Shown: positions 38,255 through 48,699, numbered from the stretch's first letter. The stretch: 64,000 nucleotides of DNA from an uncultured Verrucomicrobiae bacterium (GCA_963842445.1 CAWJHF010000009.1:89086-153085); one strand, 5' to 3'. Numbers and translations: made by a program. Notes: generated by a model not told the origin, from the letters alone.

Positions 38255-39060
38255 AAACTCAAATCAGCCGGCGCAGCGCGCTCGCCAAACTGGGCGGCGC
38301 TCTGGCGGGCGTGCTCACCCTGTCGGTCGCGCGCAAGGCCAAAGCGGTGGTGCAAAAAGTATTCGTGTCCTCCGGCGCGCCCAAGGGCTACGACCCGACC
38401 AAGCATAAATGGCTCATGTGCATTGATGACAACAAGTGCATCGGCTGCGGGCTTTGCGTGGAGGCGTGCAAGCGGGAAAACGGCGTGCCGGAGGGGCCTT
38501 ACTTCCGCACCTGGATTGAGCGTTACATCATCCCCAAGCCGAAACCGGGCTCGGACCAAACCCGCGGTGAGGCGCTGGTGGATTCTCCCAACGGCGGGAT
38601 GCACGGTTTCCCCGAACCGCCCTTGCCGAAGGATCAGATTGAGCACGCGTTCTTCGTCCCGAAGCTGTGCAACCTGTGCGAGAATCCGCCTTGTGTCCAG
38701 GCATGTCCCGTTGGCGCGACATTTCGCGCGCCGGATGGCGCGGTGCTGATTGACCCGAAATACTGTATCGGCTGCGCCTTTTGTGTTCAGGCCTGTCCTT
38801 ATGGCTCCCGGTTCCTGAATCCGGTTACGAAGACCGCCGAAAAATGCACCCTGTGTTATCATCGCATTACGCGCGGATTGAAGCCGGCCTGCGTCGAGAT
38901 TTGTCCGGCGGAGGCGCGCATATTTGGCGATTTGAAAAACTTGCCGACCGATGATCCACTCCGGAAATTTTACGAAAAAAACCGGGTGCAGGTGCTCAAG
39001 CCGCATCTGGGCACCGAACCCCGCGTGCTCTACGCCGGCTTGGACAAGGAGGTAAGGTAA
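38251..39060 (+). CDS. Tat-exported 4Fe-4S cluster protein (NrfC/PsrB/HybA-like)
   Basis: ATG overlaps the upstream stop (ATGA). Tat leader SRRSALAKLGGALAG. Four Cys clusters, e.g. CIGCGLCVEAC, CNLCENPPCVQACP, CIGCAFCVQACP, CTLC...CVEICP. Confidence 0.88.
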   Translation: MKTQISRRSALAKLGGALAGVLTLSVARKAKAVVQKVFVSSGAPKGYDPTKHKWLMCIDDNKCIGCGLCVEACKRENGVPEGPYFRTWIERYIIPKPKPGSDQTRGEALVDSPNGGMHGFPEPPLPKDQIEHAFFVPKLCNLCENPPCVQACPVGATFRAPDGAVLIDPKYCIGCAFCVQACPYGSRFLNPVTKTAEKCTLCYHRITRGLKPACVEICPAEARIFGDLKNLPTDDPLRKFYEKNRVQVLKPHLGTEPRVLYAGLDKEVR

Positions 39061-39061
39061 T

Positions 39062-40297
39062 ATGACTGGCGAGGTAACTAATATCGTCGTGGAGGCGCTG
39101 CCGCAGTTTGAGGGGTATGTGTATCCCAATGAAGCCAGCTTTCACCCGGTCTGGAGCACGTTGATTGTCATTTATCCCTACATCACCGGACTGGTGGCGG
39201 GTGCCTTTATCATGGCCTCGCTGGTGCGCGTGTTCAATGTCAAGGCGCTGGCACCGGTGTATCGGCTCTCGATGTTGACAGCACTGGCGTTTTTGCTTTG
39301 CGCCACCTTGCCGCTGCTGTGTCATCTGGGGCATCCCGAGCGGTGCTATGAGATCATGATGACACCGCACATGACTTCGCCCATGGCGATTTTCGGCTTC
39401 GTCTATGCCTGGTATTTGATGGCGGTCCTGCTGCTGGAGCTGTGGTTTGATTACCGTCAGGACTTCGTGAAATGGTCAATAAGCACGTCTGGCTTCAGGG
39501 GGATCCTCTATCGGGCGTTGACCTTGGGTGTGACCGATGTGTCAGAGCAAAGTGTGCGGCTGGATATGAAGATGGAGTGGATCCTTTCGATTGTCGGAAT
39601 TCCATCAGCCTTTCTGTTGCACGGTTATGTCGGTTTCATTTTCGGCTCAATCAAGGCCAATCCCTGGTGGGGCAACGTGCTAATGCCGATCATGTTTATT
39701 CTTTCAGCCATCGTGTCGGGCATCGCGCTTTGCGTGTTCAACTACATCGTTCTGACTTGGATTCGCCGCAAGACCGTGGATATGCGCTGCCTGGACACCA
39801 TGGCGATGTTTCTCTTTTACGCGCTGGTGGTGGATGCCGTCGTTGAAGGGTTGGACGTGCTCCATCGCGGCTATGCGGCGGAGGAGGGGTTCGCGGTGTT
39901 GCAGACCATGATCCGCGAGAAACTCTTTTACACGCTGAATGTCGGCCAGGTGACCATTGGCACGTTGGTGCCGTTGTTGCTGCTGGGATCGCTCCAACTG
40001 CTGCGCCGGCGCGTGCCGGAGCTGATGCGGCGGCGCATGATTTTCGGCAGCGGGGCGATGATCCTGGTCGGCGTGCTGGCGATGCGTTGGAATGTCGTCA
40101 TGGGCGGCCAGTTTTTCTCCAAGAGCCTGCGCGGCGTGATGAGTTACAAAATGGAGTTTGCCGGACAGGAAGGCTGGCTCATCAGCGCCGTCATTATGTG
40201 CCTGCCGTTCATCATTCTGACGGTGCTGGTGAAACTGTTTTTGTCCGAGCGATTGCAAACCAGTGAACACGTGCCGCCGAACAGTTCCACAACATAG
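39062..40297 (+). CDS. NrfD/PsrC-family integral membrane quinone-interacting subunit
   Basis: 411 aa, about 10 TM helices. Start is 1 nt after the FeS gene stop. N-terminal WSTLIVIYPYITGLVAGAF pattern is typical of NrfD-type proteins. Confidence 0.8.
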   Translation: MTGEVTNIVVEALPQFEGYVYPNEASFHPVWSTLIVIYPYITGLVAGAFIMASLVRVFNVKALAPVYRLSMLTALAFLLCATLPLLCHLGHPERCYEIMMTPHMTSPMAIFGFVYAWYLMAVLLLELWFDYRQDFVKWSISTSGFRGILYRALTLGVTDVSEQSVRLDMKMEWILSIVGIPSAFLLHGYVGFIFGSIKANPWWGNVLMPIMFILSAIVSGIALCVFNYIVLTWIRRKTVDMRCLDTMAMFLFYALVVDAVVEGLDVLHRGYAAEEGFAVLQTMIREKLFYTLNVGQVTIGTLVPLLLLGSLQLLRRRVPELMRRRMIFGSGAMILVGVLAMRWNVVMGGQFFSKSLRGVMSYKMEFAGQEGWLISAVIMCLPFIILTVLVKLFLSERLQTSEHVPPNSSTT

Positions 40298-40759
40298 GCT
40301 CGACGGAAAAGGTTTAGATTGGCATCCGGTCGTTCTGCCTGCCGTGCCGCGCGCCTTTCCTTCACTTGTGGGGCCGGTTTCTATCACTTCGCGCCCGGCA
40401 CCTCCCGCGGTGGCGGGAACCGGCTGGCTCTTTGGAATGGCGCGCTCTATCAGGAAATGATGAGCCTTTGGCAAGATTGGAAAGGCCAAGGCATCGGGGC
40501 GGAACGAGAATGTCTGTGTAGGTGTCTGTTCGTCGGAAAATCCGGGCGAAATCGGTTCTCAGGCCTTCGCCGCGCCGAAGTGTCGGATGTCGGGATTTTG
40601 CGTCCTGCTGCTGGCGAGCTTGGTGGAGTCGTGCGGCTGCCGGCTTCGGCTACACAAGGGGAACGTGCTTGAATGAAGAACGGAATTTCGGAATAATTCC
40701 GGGGTTCCCGACAATCGGTATGGTGACCGGAGTTTGTCGGTTAACGAAAAAATAAGCTT

Positions 40760-41089
40760 ATGAAAAAACTACTCGTTCTGGGCATCGCGGCAATGACCGT
40801 CGCAGCACTGTCCGCTCGCGCGGAAGACCCGAAGGCCATCTACGAAAATAATTGTGCCAAGTGCCATGGCGCTGATGGCAAAGGTGATACCAAGATAGGC
40901 AAGAAACTTGGCGCGAAGGATTATACCGATCCCAAAGTCCAAGCAGAATTGAAGGACGATGCCGCGTTCAAGGCAATCAAAGAAGGATTGAAAGACAAGG
41001 ATGACAAGACCCTGATGAAGCCAGCTGAAGATCTGTCCGACGGCGACATCAAGGGATTGGTCGCGTACATACGGACGTTTAAGAAGTAA
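40760..41089 (+). CDS. Monoheme class I c-type cytochrome (paralog 2)
   Basis: Signal peptide, CAKCHGADGKGDTKIGKKLGAKDYTD, TLMKPA, C-terminal LVAYIRTFKK as in paralog 1. Confidence 0.85.
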   Translation: MKKLLVLGIAAMTVAALSARAEDPKAIYENNCAKCHGADGKGDTKIGKKLGAKDYTDPKVQAELKDDAAFKAIKEGLKDKDDKTLMKPAEDLSDGDIKGLVAYIRTFKK

Positions 41090-41290
41090 GTGACCCCGGC
41101 AGCCCCTGCCGCGTGAATGACCCGGCCGTGAGCGTGGCGGCAGGGTTGGTTGCTTCAGAAAGAGCCGAAACGAATCCGGGCGGCGCCGGGCGGAAAATGC
41201 CTGCGCAGCCGGGAGTGGGATTATTTGCCTGCGGGAAAACTGACAAACGCAAAGCCGGGCAAATTCCGACGATAGTAATTTGACCGATAT

Positions 41291-42760
41291 ATGAATAACG
41301 AGAACGCGGGAAAGCCGCCTCGCCGGCCGTCCCTGCTGCAAAATTGGATGAGTTTGACTGGGCTGGTCGTTGTGATCGGCAGCCTGTTCTCGTTCTTCAT
41401 GTTGCTCATGCTGGATGCCGTCGCGCACTTTTCCAATCCTTACATCAGCATCCTGACTTGGATGGTGACGCCCGGATTCCTGATTAGCGGGCTGCTTCTG
41501 ACGCTGATTGGGGTGCTGCGCGAGCGGCGCAGACGGGCAAAGACCACCTCCTGGATATCGGTGGTGCAAATTGATCTTTCGCGCCCGCGTGACCGGCGCA
41601 TCCTTGTCACCTTCGTCATCAGCAGCCTGCTATTCATCATGCTTTCGGCGGTGGGCAGTTACAACGCATTTGAATTTACGGAATCGGTTCAGTTTTGCGG
41701 CGAGACCTGCCACGGTGTCATGAAACCGGAATTGACGACCCACGACCACGGGCCACACGCCCAAGTGGCCTGCGTGGCCTGCCACGTCGGTCCGGGAGTC
41801 AATTGGTTTGTCCGTTCGAAACTGTCCGGTTCCTACCAGGTCTATGCCGTCGCCTTCAACAAATATCCGCGCCCGATTCCGACGCCCATCAAAAACCTGC
41901 GGCCCGCCCGGGAAACCTGCGAGCAATGTCACTGGCCGCAGAAATTCTCCGGCAACCTCGACCGCACCTACAATTATTTCCAGGACGACGAATCCAATTC
42001 ACCTTATTCCATCCGGCTCTCGATCAAAATCGGCGGCGCCGACCCCACCCGCGGCCCGGTCGGCGGCATTCACTGGCACATGGTCGTGGGTAACGAGGTG
42101 GAATACATTGCCACGGATGAGGCCCGGCAAAAAATTCCCTGGGTGCGGATCACCGACCGACAGGGCGTCGTCACGGTTTACAAGACCAGAAATTTCACCA
42201 ACGACATCTCCCGCTTTGAAATCCGCAAAATGGATTGCATGGATTGCCACAACCGTCCGTCGCATCGTTACGTTCCGCCCGACCAGGCTGTTAATCTGGC
42301 CATGGAACTCGGCCAGATTGACCGCACCCTGCCTTGGATCAAGACCAACGCTGTCTTTGTCCTGACCCGCAAATACGACAACGACACCCAGGCGCGCGAC
42401 GGCATCGCCACTGCGCTGGCGGAGCGGTATCCCAATGATCCGCGCATCCGCGACGTGATCCCGGTGGTGCAGCAGATTTACCGCGACAATTTCTTTCCCG
42501 AAATGAAGGCCGACTGGAGCGTTTATCCGGACAACCTCGGCCACATGATCTGGCCCGGCTGTTTCCGGTGTCACGACGGCAACCACAAGGCCGACGATGG
42601 CCGGACCATCAAGGCCAACGATTGCAACGCCTGCCACACCATCCTCGCCCAAGGCACCGGCGCGGAATTACAGCAACTGACCCCGGGCGGCCAGCCCTTC
42701 AAACACACGGGTGGAGATTATGACCTTTCCTGTTCAGACTGCCACACCGGCGGACCATAG
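41291..42760 (+). CDS. Seven-heme inner-membrane c-type cytochrome with NapC/NirT-like N-terminal module (ImcH-like)
   Basis: Three N-terminal TM helices. CGETCH, CVACH, CEQCH, CMDCH, CFRCH, CNACH, CSDCH. Confidence 0.75.
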   Translation: MNNENAGKPPRRPSLLQNWMSLTGLVVVIGSLFSFFMLLMLDAVAHFSNPYISILTWMVTPGFLISGLLLTLIGVLRERRRRAKTTSWISVVQIDLSRPRDRRILVTFVISSLLFIMLSAVGSYNAFEFTESVQFCGETCHGVMKPELTTHDHGPHAQVACVACHVGPGVNWFVRSKLSGSYQVYAVAFNKYPRPIPTPIKNLRPARETCEQCHWPQKFSGNLDRTYNYFQDDESNSPYSIRLSIKIGGADPTRGPVGGIHWHMVVGNEVEYIATDEARQKIPWVRITDRQGVVTVYKTRNFTNDISRFEIRKMDCMDCHNRPSHRYVPPDQAVNLAMELGQIDRTLPWIKTNAVFVLTRKYDNDTQARDGIATALAERYPNDPRIRDVIPVVQQIYRDNFFPEMKADWSVYPDNLGHMIWPGCFRCHDGNHKADDGRTIKANDCNACHTILAQGTGAELQQLTPGGQPFKHTGGDYDLSCSDCHTGGP

Positions 42761-44874
42761 GTTGTCGGCGTTCATCGCTGGCATCCTTATCCTGTGCTGC
42801 CTGCCGGTCGCATCGTCGGCTTCGGTGGCCACGAATCTGGCGAATTCGGATTGCTTGGATTGCCATACCGATCCTTCCAACACCCGGAAAGTGGATGGCA
42901 AAATTGTCCCGCTTGCAGTTTTTCCCACCAACAGCTTCGCCCGGTCTGTCCATTCCATGCTCGATTGCACGGACTGTCACACCGGCGTCAAGGAACTCGT
43001 CCACGGTCGCCAAACTGCCGCCGCCGGATTGCACCGGCTGCCATGAAAAGGAGGGAAAGGATTATGCGGCCAGCATCCACGGCGTGAGCCACGCGCTCGG
43101 CGCGTCCGGGGCCGCCAATTGCTGGGACTGCCACGGTTCGCATGACATCCTGCCGGTCAAGGACCCGACATCGCCGGTCTTCAAACTCAACCTTCCCAAA
43201 ACGTGTGCCAAATGCCACAACAACCCGGCCTTGACGCGGGAGTACGAGATGAAACATCCCGAGGCGGCGGCGCAATACCTCGACAGCATCCACGGCCGCG
43301 CTTTGCTCAAGATGGGACTCATCGTCGCTCCGTCTTGCAACGACTGCCACGGCACGCACGACATCAAACGGTCTGTGGACCGCGACTCGCCCATCAACCA
43401 TGCCAACGTCGCCAGAACCTGCGGCAAATGTCACGTCGGCATCGAGGAAACCTACAACCAAAGCGTTCACGGGCAGTTGCTGGCCAGGGGCGATTCGCGC
43501 GGACCCGTCTGCACGGATTGCCATACCGCGCATGACATCGAAAATCCCGAAGGCAACAACTTCAAGGCCATCAGCGACGCGCGCTGCGGCAAATGCCACG
43601 CTGACCGGCTGGAACATTATCGCGACACGTACCACGGCAAGGCCATGGCCCTGGGCAAACCCAACGCCGCGCCTGCCGTTGCCGCCTGCTACGATTGCCA
43701 CGGCCATCACGACATCCTGCCACCCTCCAATCCTGCGTCGCATCTTTCAAAAACCAACATCCTCGCCACCTGCCAGCAATGTCATCCCGGCGCCACCATC
43801 GGCTTCACCGAATACAAGCCGCACGCCAACCCGATGGACAAAAAGAATTATCCCCTGCTCCACCTGGTTTTCATGGGCATGACCGGCCTGCTCATCGGCA
43901 CGTTCGCTTTCTTCGGCCTGCACACCCTCATGTGGCTCGTCCGCGCTATTTATCTTTACCTGCATGATTCAAAGAAGTTCCGCGAAGCGAAAATCGCGAC
44001 GCAGACGGATGGCGAATGGTTCACCCGTTTCATGCCCTTCGAGCGGCTTCTGCATTTCATGGTGGTGACCAGCTTTCTGCTGCTGGTCGTCACCGGCATG
44101 CCTTTGAAGTTCTACTACACCGGCTGGGCCAAGGCGATTTTCGCGGTCATCGGCGGACCGGAAACCGCGCGGACGCTGCACCGGTTCGGCGCGGTGGTGA
44201 CGTTCATGTATTTCGGCCTGCACTTGGCGTCGCTCATCGGCAAGGCGTGGAAAGGCCGCAAATCCGTGCGCGGCGCGGACGGCAAATTCCATTTCAAGCG
44301 TCTCTGGCAGGTGTTGTTCGGGCCTGACTCCATGATGCCGACCCTCCAGGACTGGCGGGATTTCGTCGCGCACAACAAATGGTTCTTCGGTAAGGGTCCC
44401 AAACCGGAGTTCGACCGCTGGACCTATTGGGAAAAATTCGATTACTTCGCCGTGTTCTGGGGTGTAGCCATTATCGGCGCCTCGGGGCTTATCATGTGGT
44501 TCCCGACGTTTTTCACGCGGTTCCTGCCGGGCTGGATCATCAACATCGCCCTGCTGATCCATTCGGACGAGGCGCTGCTGGCCGCCGGCTTCATCTTTTC
44601 CATCCATTTTTTCAACACCCATTTCCGCATCGAGAAATTTCCAATGGACACCGTCATCTTCTCCGGCCGCGTTTCCAAGAACGAGATGCTGCACGAGCGC
44701 AAACGCTGGTACGACCGGCTCGTGGCGACCGGCCGGCTGGACGACCACCGCGTCAAGGACGAATGGTTGCGCTGGAAAAACATCGCGCGGTCGTTCGGCT
44801 ACTTCTTTTTCGGTCTGGGCATCCTGCTGCTGCTGCTGATCATCTACGCCATGTTCACTCGGCTGGCACACTGA
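42720..44874 (+). CDS. Eleven-heme c-type cytochrome fused to a b-type cytochrome membrane domain (CbcL-like 1), with reading frame interrupted near 43005-43010
   Basis: ORF 42720-43046 has a signal peptide plus CLDCH and CTDCH. ORF 42895-44874 has 9 CXXCH motifs plus a 5-6 TM FdnI/HydC-like domain with conserved His. The two frames join colinearly with the paralog at 45061. Confidence 0.75.
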
Positions 44875-44910
44875 AGTTAGGGGCTGGCATCTTGGCTCTG
44901 GGTTCTGGGG

Positions 44911-44950
44911 TAAATCCGCGTCCATCCGTGTTCATCCGTGGTTAAATTTT
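44911..44950. repeat. Short intergenic repeat (aaatccgcgtccatccgtgttcatccgtggttaaa)
   Basis: Internal catccgtg duplication, related motif at 25062-25090. Confidence 0.55.
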
Positions 44951-45060
44951 TTGTCTCTGCCTCCGTTCGTGTGTTTGGTGGTTGTCCCCTCCGGCAAAAA
45001 AGGGCAAAGGGCCGCCAAACCAGGTGGAGTCCCATGTCCCTTTCCACCTGATATTTATCC

Positions 45061-46735
45061 GTGATGCAGCCCTCGCGATTTCTGTTCATCAGCATCCTGA
45101 TCACGACGCTTGCTCATCCGGCCTTCGCCGGCCTGAAAAACAGCGACTGCATGGATTGTCATTCGGATAACACCCTCGCCATCACCAACGCCGCCGGCCG
45201 GGCCATTTCCCTGTTCGTGGATGAGGCCAGACTCAAGGCTTCCGCCCACAAAACCAACACCTGCGTCAGTTGCCACGCCGACGTCACCGTCAAACATCCC
45301 GACGACAATGTTCCACTCAAGCCCGTCAACTGCGCCACCTGCCACGAACAACAGACCGAAAGTTACAACGCCAGCGTGCATGGACTGGCGGCCAAAGCCG
45401 GACACCGGGACGCGGCCACCTGCCAAGACTGTCACGATTCCCATGAAATCGTCCCGGCGAATCTGCCGGCCTCGCCACTGCATTACTCGCGTTTGGCCCA
45501 GACCTGCGGCGCGTGCCACGACCAGGAAGTCAGGGATTGGGCGATGAGCGTGCATGGCCAAGCGCTGGCAGCGGGCACGCGCGACGCGCCCACCTGCACC
45601 GATTGCCATTCCGAACACAAAATCCAAGCGTTGAAAAACACGTCACCGGAAGTTTCCGCGGAAGTGTGCAGCCGTTGCCACGCCTCGGAACGGCTCAACA
45701 CCAAGTACAATCTGCCGGCTGACCGGGTGAAGACCTTCTTTGAAAGTTATCACGGTCTCGCGGTGCAATACGGTTCGACCGTCGCCGCCAACTGCGGCAG
45801 TTGCCACGGCTACCACAAAATCCTGCCCTCGACCGACCCCCGTTCCACCATCAACAAGGCCCACCTCGTCGAGACTTGCGGCAAATGTCATCCGGGCGCC
45901 GACGAGAAGTTCGCCTCCGGCAAAATCCACGTGGACCTGGCCGCCGGCAACGGCGGGACCGATTTCTCGGCCAAAATCAACCGGTGGGTGCGCCGGGTTT
46001 ATCTGGTCCTCATTTTCGGCACCATCGGCGCCATGTTCATTCACAACGCGCTGTTGTTCCTGCGCAAGGTCGCCGCGCGCTATCGCGTGGCCGTGCGACC
46101 AGTGATGCGGATGAGCCTTGCGCAACGCTGGCAACATTTCGTGCTGGCGGCCAGCTTCATCATCCTCGCTGTCACCGGGTTCGCGTTGAAGTTTCCGGAT
46201 TCGTGGCTCGCGCGGGCGCTCGGTTCCAGCGAACCGTTCCGGCGCTGGACGCATCGCATCGCCGGCATCGTGCTGCTGCTGGTCGGGCTCTGGCATTTGA
46301 TTTACCTGCTCAGCTCGAAGGATGGGCGGCGGCTGGTGTGCGATTTGTTCCCGGTGAAAAAGGACATGGCCGACGTTCTGGGCGCAAATCCGCTATCTGC
46401 TGGGTTGGAGCACCGAGAAGCCGAAGACAGGCCGGTTCGGGTACGCAGAGAAGCTGGAATATTGGGCGGTGATTTGGGGCACCATCATCATGGGCGTGAC
46501 CGGGCTGGCGATCTGGTTCAAGCTGGACGTGACCCGGTTCCTGCCGCGCTGGGCCGTGGATGTGGCATTGACCATTCATTACTACGAAGCTGTGCTCGCC
46601 TGCCTGGCGATAATCGTGTGGCATTTCTACCACGTCATCTTCGACCCGGACGTTTACCCGCTGAACCCAGCCTGCTGGGACGGCCACGTGTCGGAAGAAT
46701 GGCAAAAGCACGAGCATCCGCTCAATAATCACTGA
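45061..46735 (+). CDS. Nine-heme c-type cytochrome fused to a b-type cytochrome membrane domain (CbcL-like 2), with reading frame interrupted at about 46375
   Basis: Signal peptide. CMDCH, CVSCH, CATCH, CQDCH, CGACH, CTDCH, CSRCH, CGSCH, CGKCH. TM domain begins in frame 1, but after 46375 the sensible sequence (FWAQIRYLLGW...EYWAVIWGTIIMGV...) lies in another frame ending at 46735. Confidence 0.75.
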
Positions 46736-46758
46736 GTTGGTCTAGCAGGAGCCAATAG

Positions 46759-47736
46759 TCAGCGTTTGCGGGCGTGGTAACGCCCGCGCGGTTCAGCCAA
46801 GGCCATCGTAAGTTGGCTTTCTTCGACAGCTTCTTGCGGATAATCGCTCAAATCGAATTCAAGCTCATCACCCTCAAAGCTCGGATAAAGCGCGGCAAGC
46901 TTCGGGATGGCAGCCCCGGCGAGGCGGAAATAGTCTTTGTCAATTTCGATCCCAACTGACCGGTAGCCGACAGCTTCGGCAGCAGCGATGGTTGAACCGG
47001 AACCCATGAACGGGTCGAGCACCGTCCCCTCGCCCAAGGGCAGGAGTGCGCGCACAATAATACGCATGAAATGCTGCGGCTTCAGGCACGGGTGATCCGA
47101 GATGGCTTCTTCACGTTTCGGGGTGCGACCACTTGGCACGACTTCGGGAAACGGTTTGTCGGTGGAGAGGCGCCGCAAACCCCCTGTCTTCCACTTTCGC
47201 AAGTTCTCGGCCACCGTCCTTTCGGCGAGTGGCTTGCGAAACAGCATCCATGGTTCATAAGCGCCCTTTGGCGTAACGCAGACTTCCGGGAATTCCTTCT
47301 CGGCATTCTTGGGACGGTCGCCACCACGGAAGCCGAAGTATAGCCGCATGACGGCAGGGCGAACCTCGTAACCGGCTTCGGCCATCGCTCCCTGCACGTG
47401 ATGCTGGAGGATTGGGTGACCGGCCACACAAACATGCGCGCCGGGTACGAGAACATCGAGAAGAAGTTTTCCCCAATCGCGGAAGAACGCCCGGAGGTTC
47501 TGCTTCTCCTCGTCCGTCAACACAGTGAACCGGGGCAGCGGATCGCGTTTGTGTCCGCCGATCATGGGGGGCAACCGCCACACGCCACCGCGTCCGTTGC
47601 GCAACTTGGATAATTCTTTTTCGGAGAACTCGATGAGTCCGTAAGGCGGGTCGGTGCAGACCGCATGAATGCCCTGCGGCGCACAACCGCGCAGCCAATC
47701 AAAGCAATCCGCGAGGTGTATCTCGTACTTCCTCAT
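46759..47736 (-). CDS. Beta-class amino DNA methyltransferase (N6-adenine or N4-cytosine)
   Basis: Motif IV TDPPYG near the N-terminus and motif I VLDPFMGSGST near the C-terminus. Confidence 0.88.
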   Translation of the reverse strand: MRKYEIHLADCFDWLRGCAPQGIHAVCTDPPYGLIEFSEKELSKLRNGRGGVWRLPPMIGGHKRDPLPRFTVLTDEEKQNLRAFFRDWGKLLLDVLVPGAHVCVAGHPILQHHVQGAMAEAGYEVRPAVMRLYFGFRGGDRPKNAEKEFPEVCVTPKGAYEPWMLFRKPLAERTVAENLRKWKTGGLRRLSTDKPFPEVVPSGRTPKREEAISDHPCLKPQHFMRIIVRALLPLGEGTVLDPFMGSGSTIAAAEAVGYRSVGIEIDKDYFRLAGAAIPKLAALYPSFEGDELEFDLSDYPQEAVEESQLTMALAEPRGRYHARKR

Positions 47737-47748
47737 CGCGCGCAAGTT

Positions 47749-47803
47749 TCAACTATAGTCGAAAGACAATCAAGCCTGTTCTTGGTATCAACTATAGACG
47801 AAA
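47749..47803. promoter_or_regulatory. Two copies of a 16-nt box between the divergent methyltransferase and nuclease genes (C-box-like operator candidate)
   Basis: TCAACTATAGTCGAAA (47749-47764) and TCAACTATAGACGAAA (47788-47803). The core ACTATAGT is palindromic. Confidence 0.55.
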
Positions 47804-48699
47804 TGGATGCCAAGACGATCATCGGCAATTTCGTCCGCCGTCTGCGCGAGCAAAAGAATTTGACGCAGGACGAACTGGCCGCGCGCACCGGCATTACATA
47901 CCAGTATCTATCCGGTCTGGAGAACGGACGCGAGAATTTTTCCATCGGCATCCTCGAATCGCTTGGCAAGGCACTGGATTGTCCGCTCCCACAACTTGTG
48001 GCGGGCGCGTTCGCCGGGCCGCCGGTTTTGGCACCGGTCGAAGCCAATCCCGACTATTTCCGACCGCAAGCACCATTGCCACCCGGCCTCAAGATCGCTC
48101 ACCTGCAACGCGCAATGGACGAGACCCAGCGGATTGTCTCGTTGATTAATGCAAATTTGTTGGCCAGCGGCGCGAAACCATTGCCGAAATATATTCAGGG
48201 CAATAATTTCAGCGGATTGGTCTCCAATATCCTCTGCGACGCGATTCATGAAAACTCGCCGTACAAACATAATTCCGACCAAGCGTATCCAGACTTAATC
48301 AATCCAAAGGTTTCCGCGAAAGGCAAGCCGGTCGGCTTGGAGGTCAAGTCAACAATCCAAATCGGCAAGGGCGGAGAAAGCCACAACGGACATTCCGGTT
48401 GGCATCTCGTGGCGTGCTTTGCCATTGATCAAAAAACGGGTAACATTCGTTTCGTTCACGTCATGCTGGCCGTGCTTAATGGTCACAACCGGCCTGAGCC
48501 GGATTGGGTGTATGTGGGCAGCAAGGTGAACGTTGATACCGGCAGTCGTCGAACCGAGACATACAACACGACGTTGATCGGCACGACAAAACTACGGGAT
48601 GGCTCAGTTTATCTCGACCCCATCTCAATTAATTTCAAACGCTGGCGACAGAGTCAACGCGGACCCGTACCGCCATTTTCGATCTTTGCCGAACCATGA
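47803..48699 (+). CDS. HTH (XRE-type) domain fused to a PD-(D/E)XK-like nuclease domain; candidate restriction endonuclease
   Basis: N-terminal LREQKNLTQDELAARTGITYQYLSGLENGRENFSI. Later YPDLINPKVSAKGKPVGLEVKST fits PD...(E)xK. Confidence 0.6.
   Translation: MDAKTIIGNFVRRLREQKNLTQDELAARTGITYQYLSGLENGRENFSIGILESLGKALDCPLPQLVAGAFAGPPVLAPVEANPDYFRPQAPLPPGLKIAHLQRAMDETQRIVSLINANLLASGAKPLPKYIQGNNFSGLVSNILCDAIHENSPYKHNSDQAYPDLINPKVSAKGKPVGLEVKSTIQIGKGGESHNGHSGWHLVACFAIDQKTGNIRFVHVMLAVLNGHNRPEPDWVYVGSKVNVDTGSRRTETYNTTLIGTTKLRDGSVYLDPISINFKRWRQSQRGPVPPFSIFAEP

Noticed and set aside
40298-40759. Coding potential in the 460-bp gap between the NrfD-like gene and the second monoheme cytochrome (ORFs 40319-40672 and 40522-40755)
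   Set aside because: The ORF products are Arg/Gly/Cys-rich without motifs or signal peptides. The region more likely holds a promoter or regulatory sequence, and it contains a small palindrome (CGGAATAATTCCG) near 40690.
42711-43046. Treating the 111-aa two-heme ORF and the 659-aa ORF as two separate overlapping genes
   Set aside because: The 659-aa ORF would start without a signal peptide, inside 150 nt of overlap. The two frames join colinearly with the intact N-terminus of the paralog at 45061, so a single interrupted gene is the better model.
42988-44925. 251-aa and 318-aa minus-strand ORFs
   Set aside because: They are antisense to the CbcL-like gene. There are no motifs and the composition is Arg/Gly/Val-rich.
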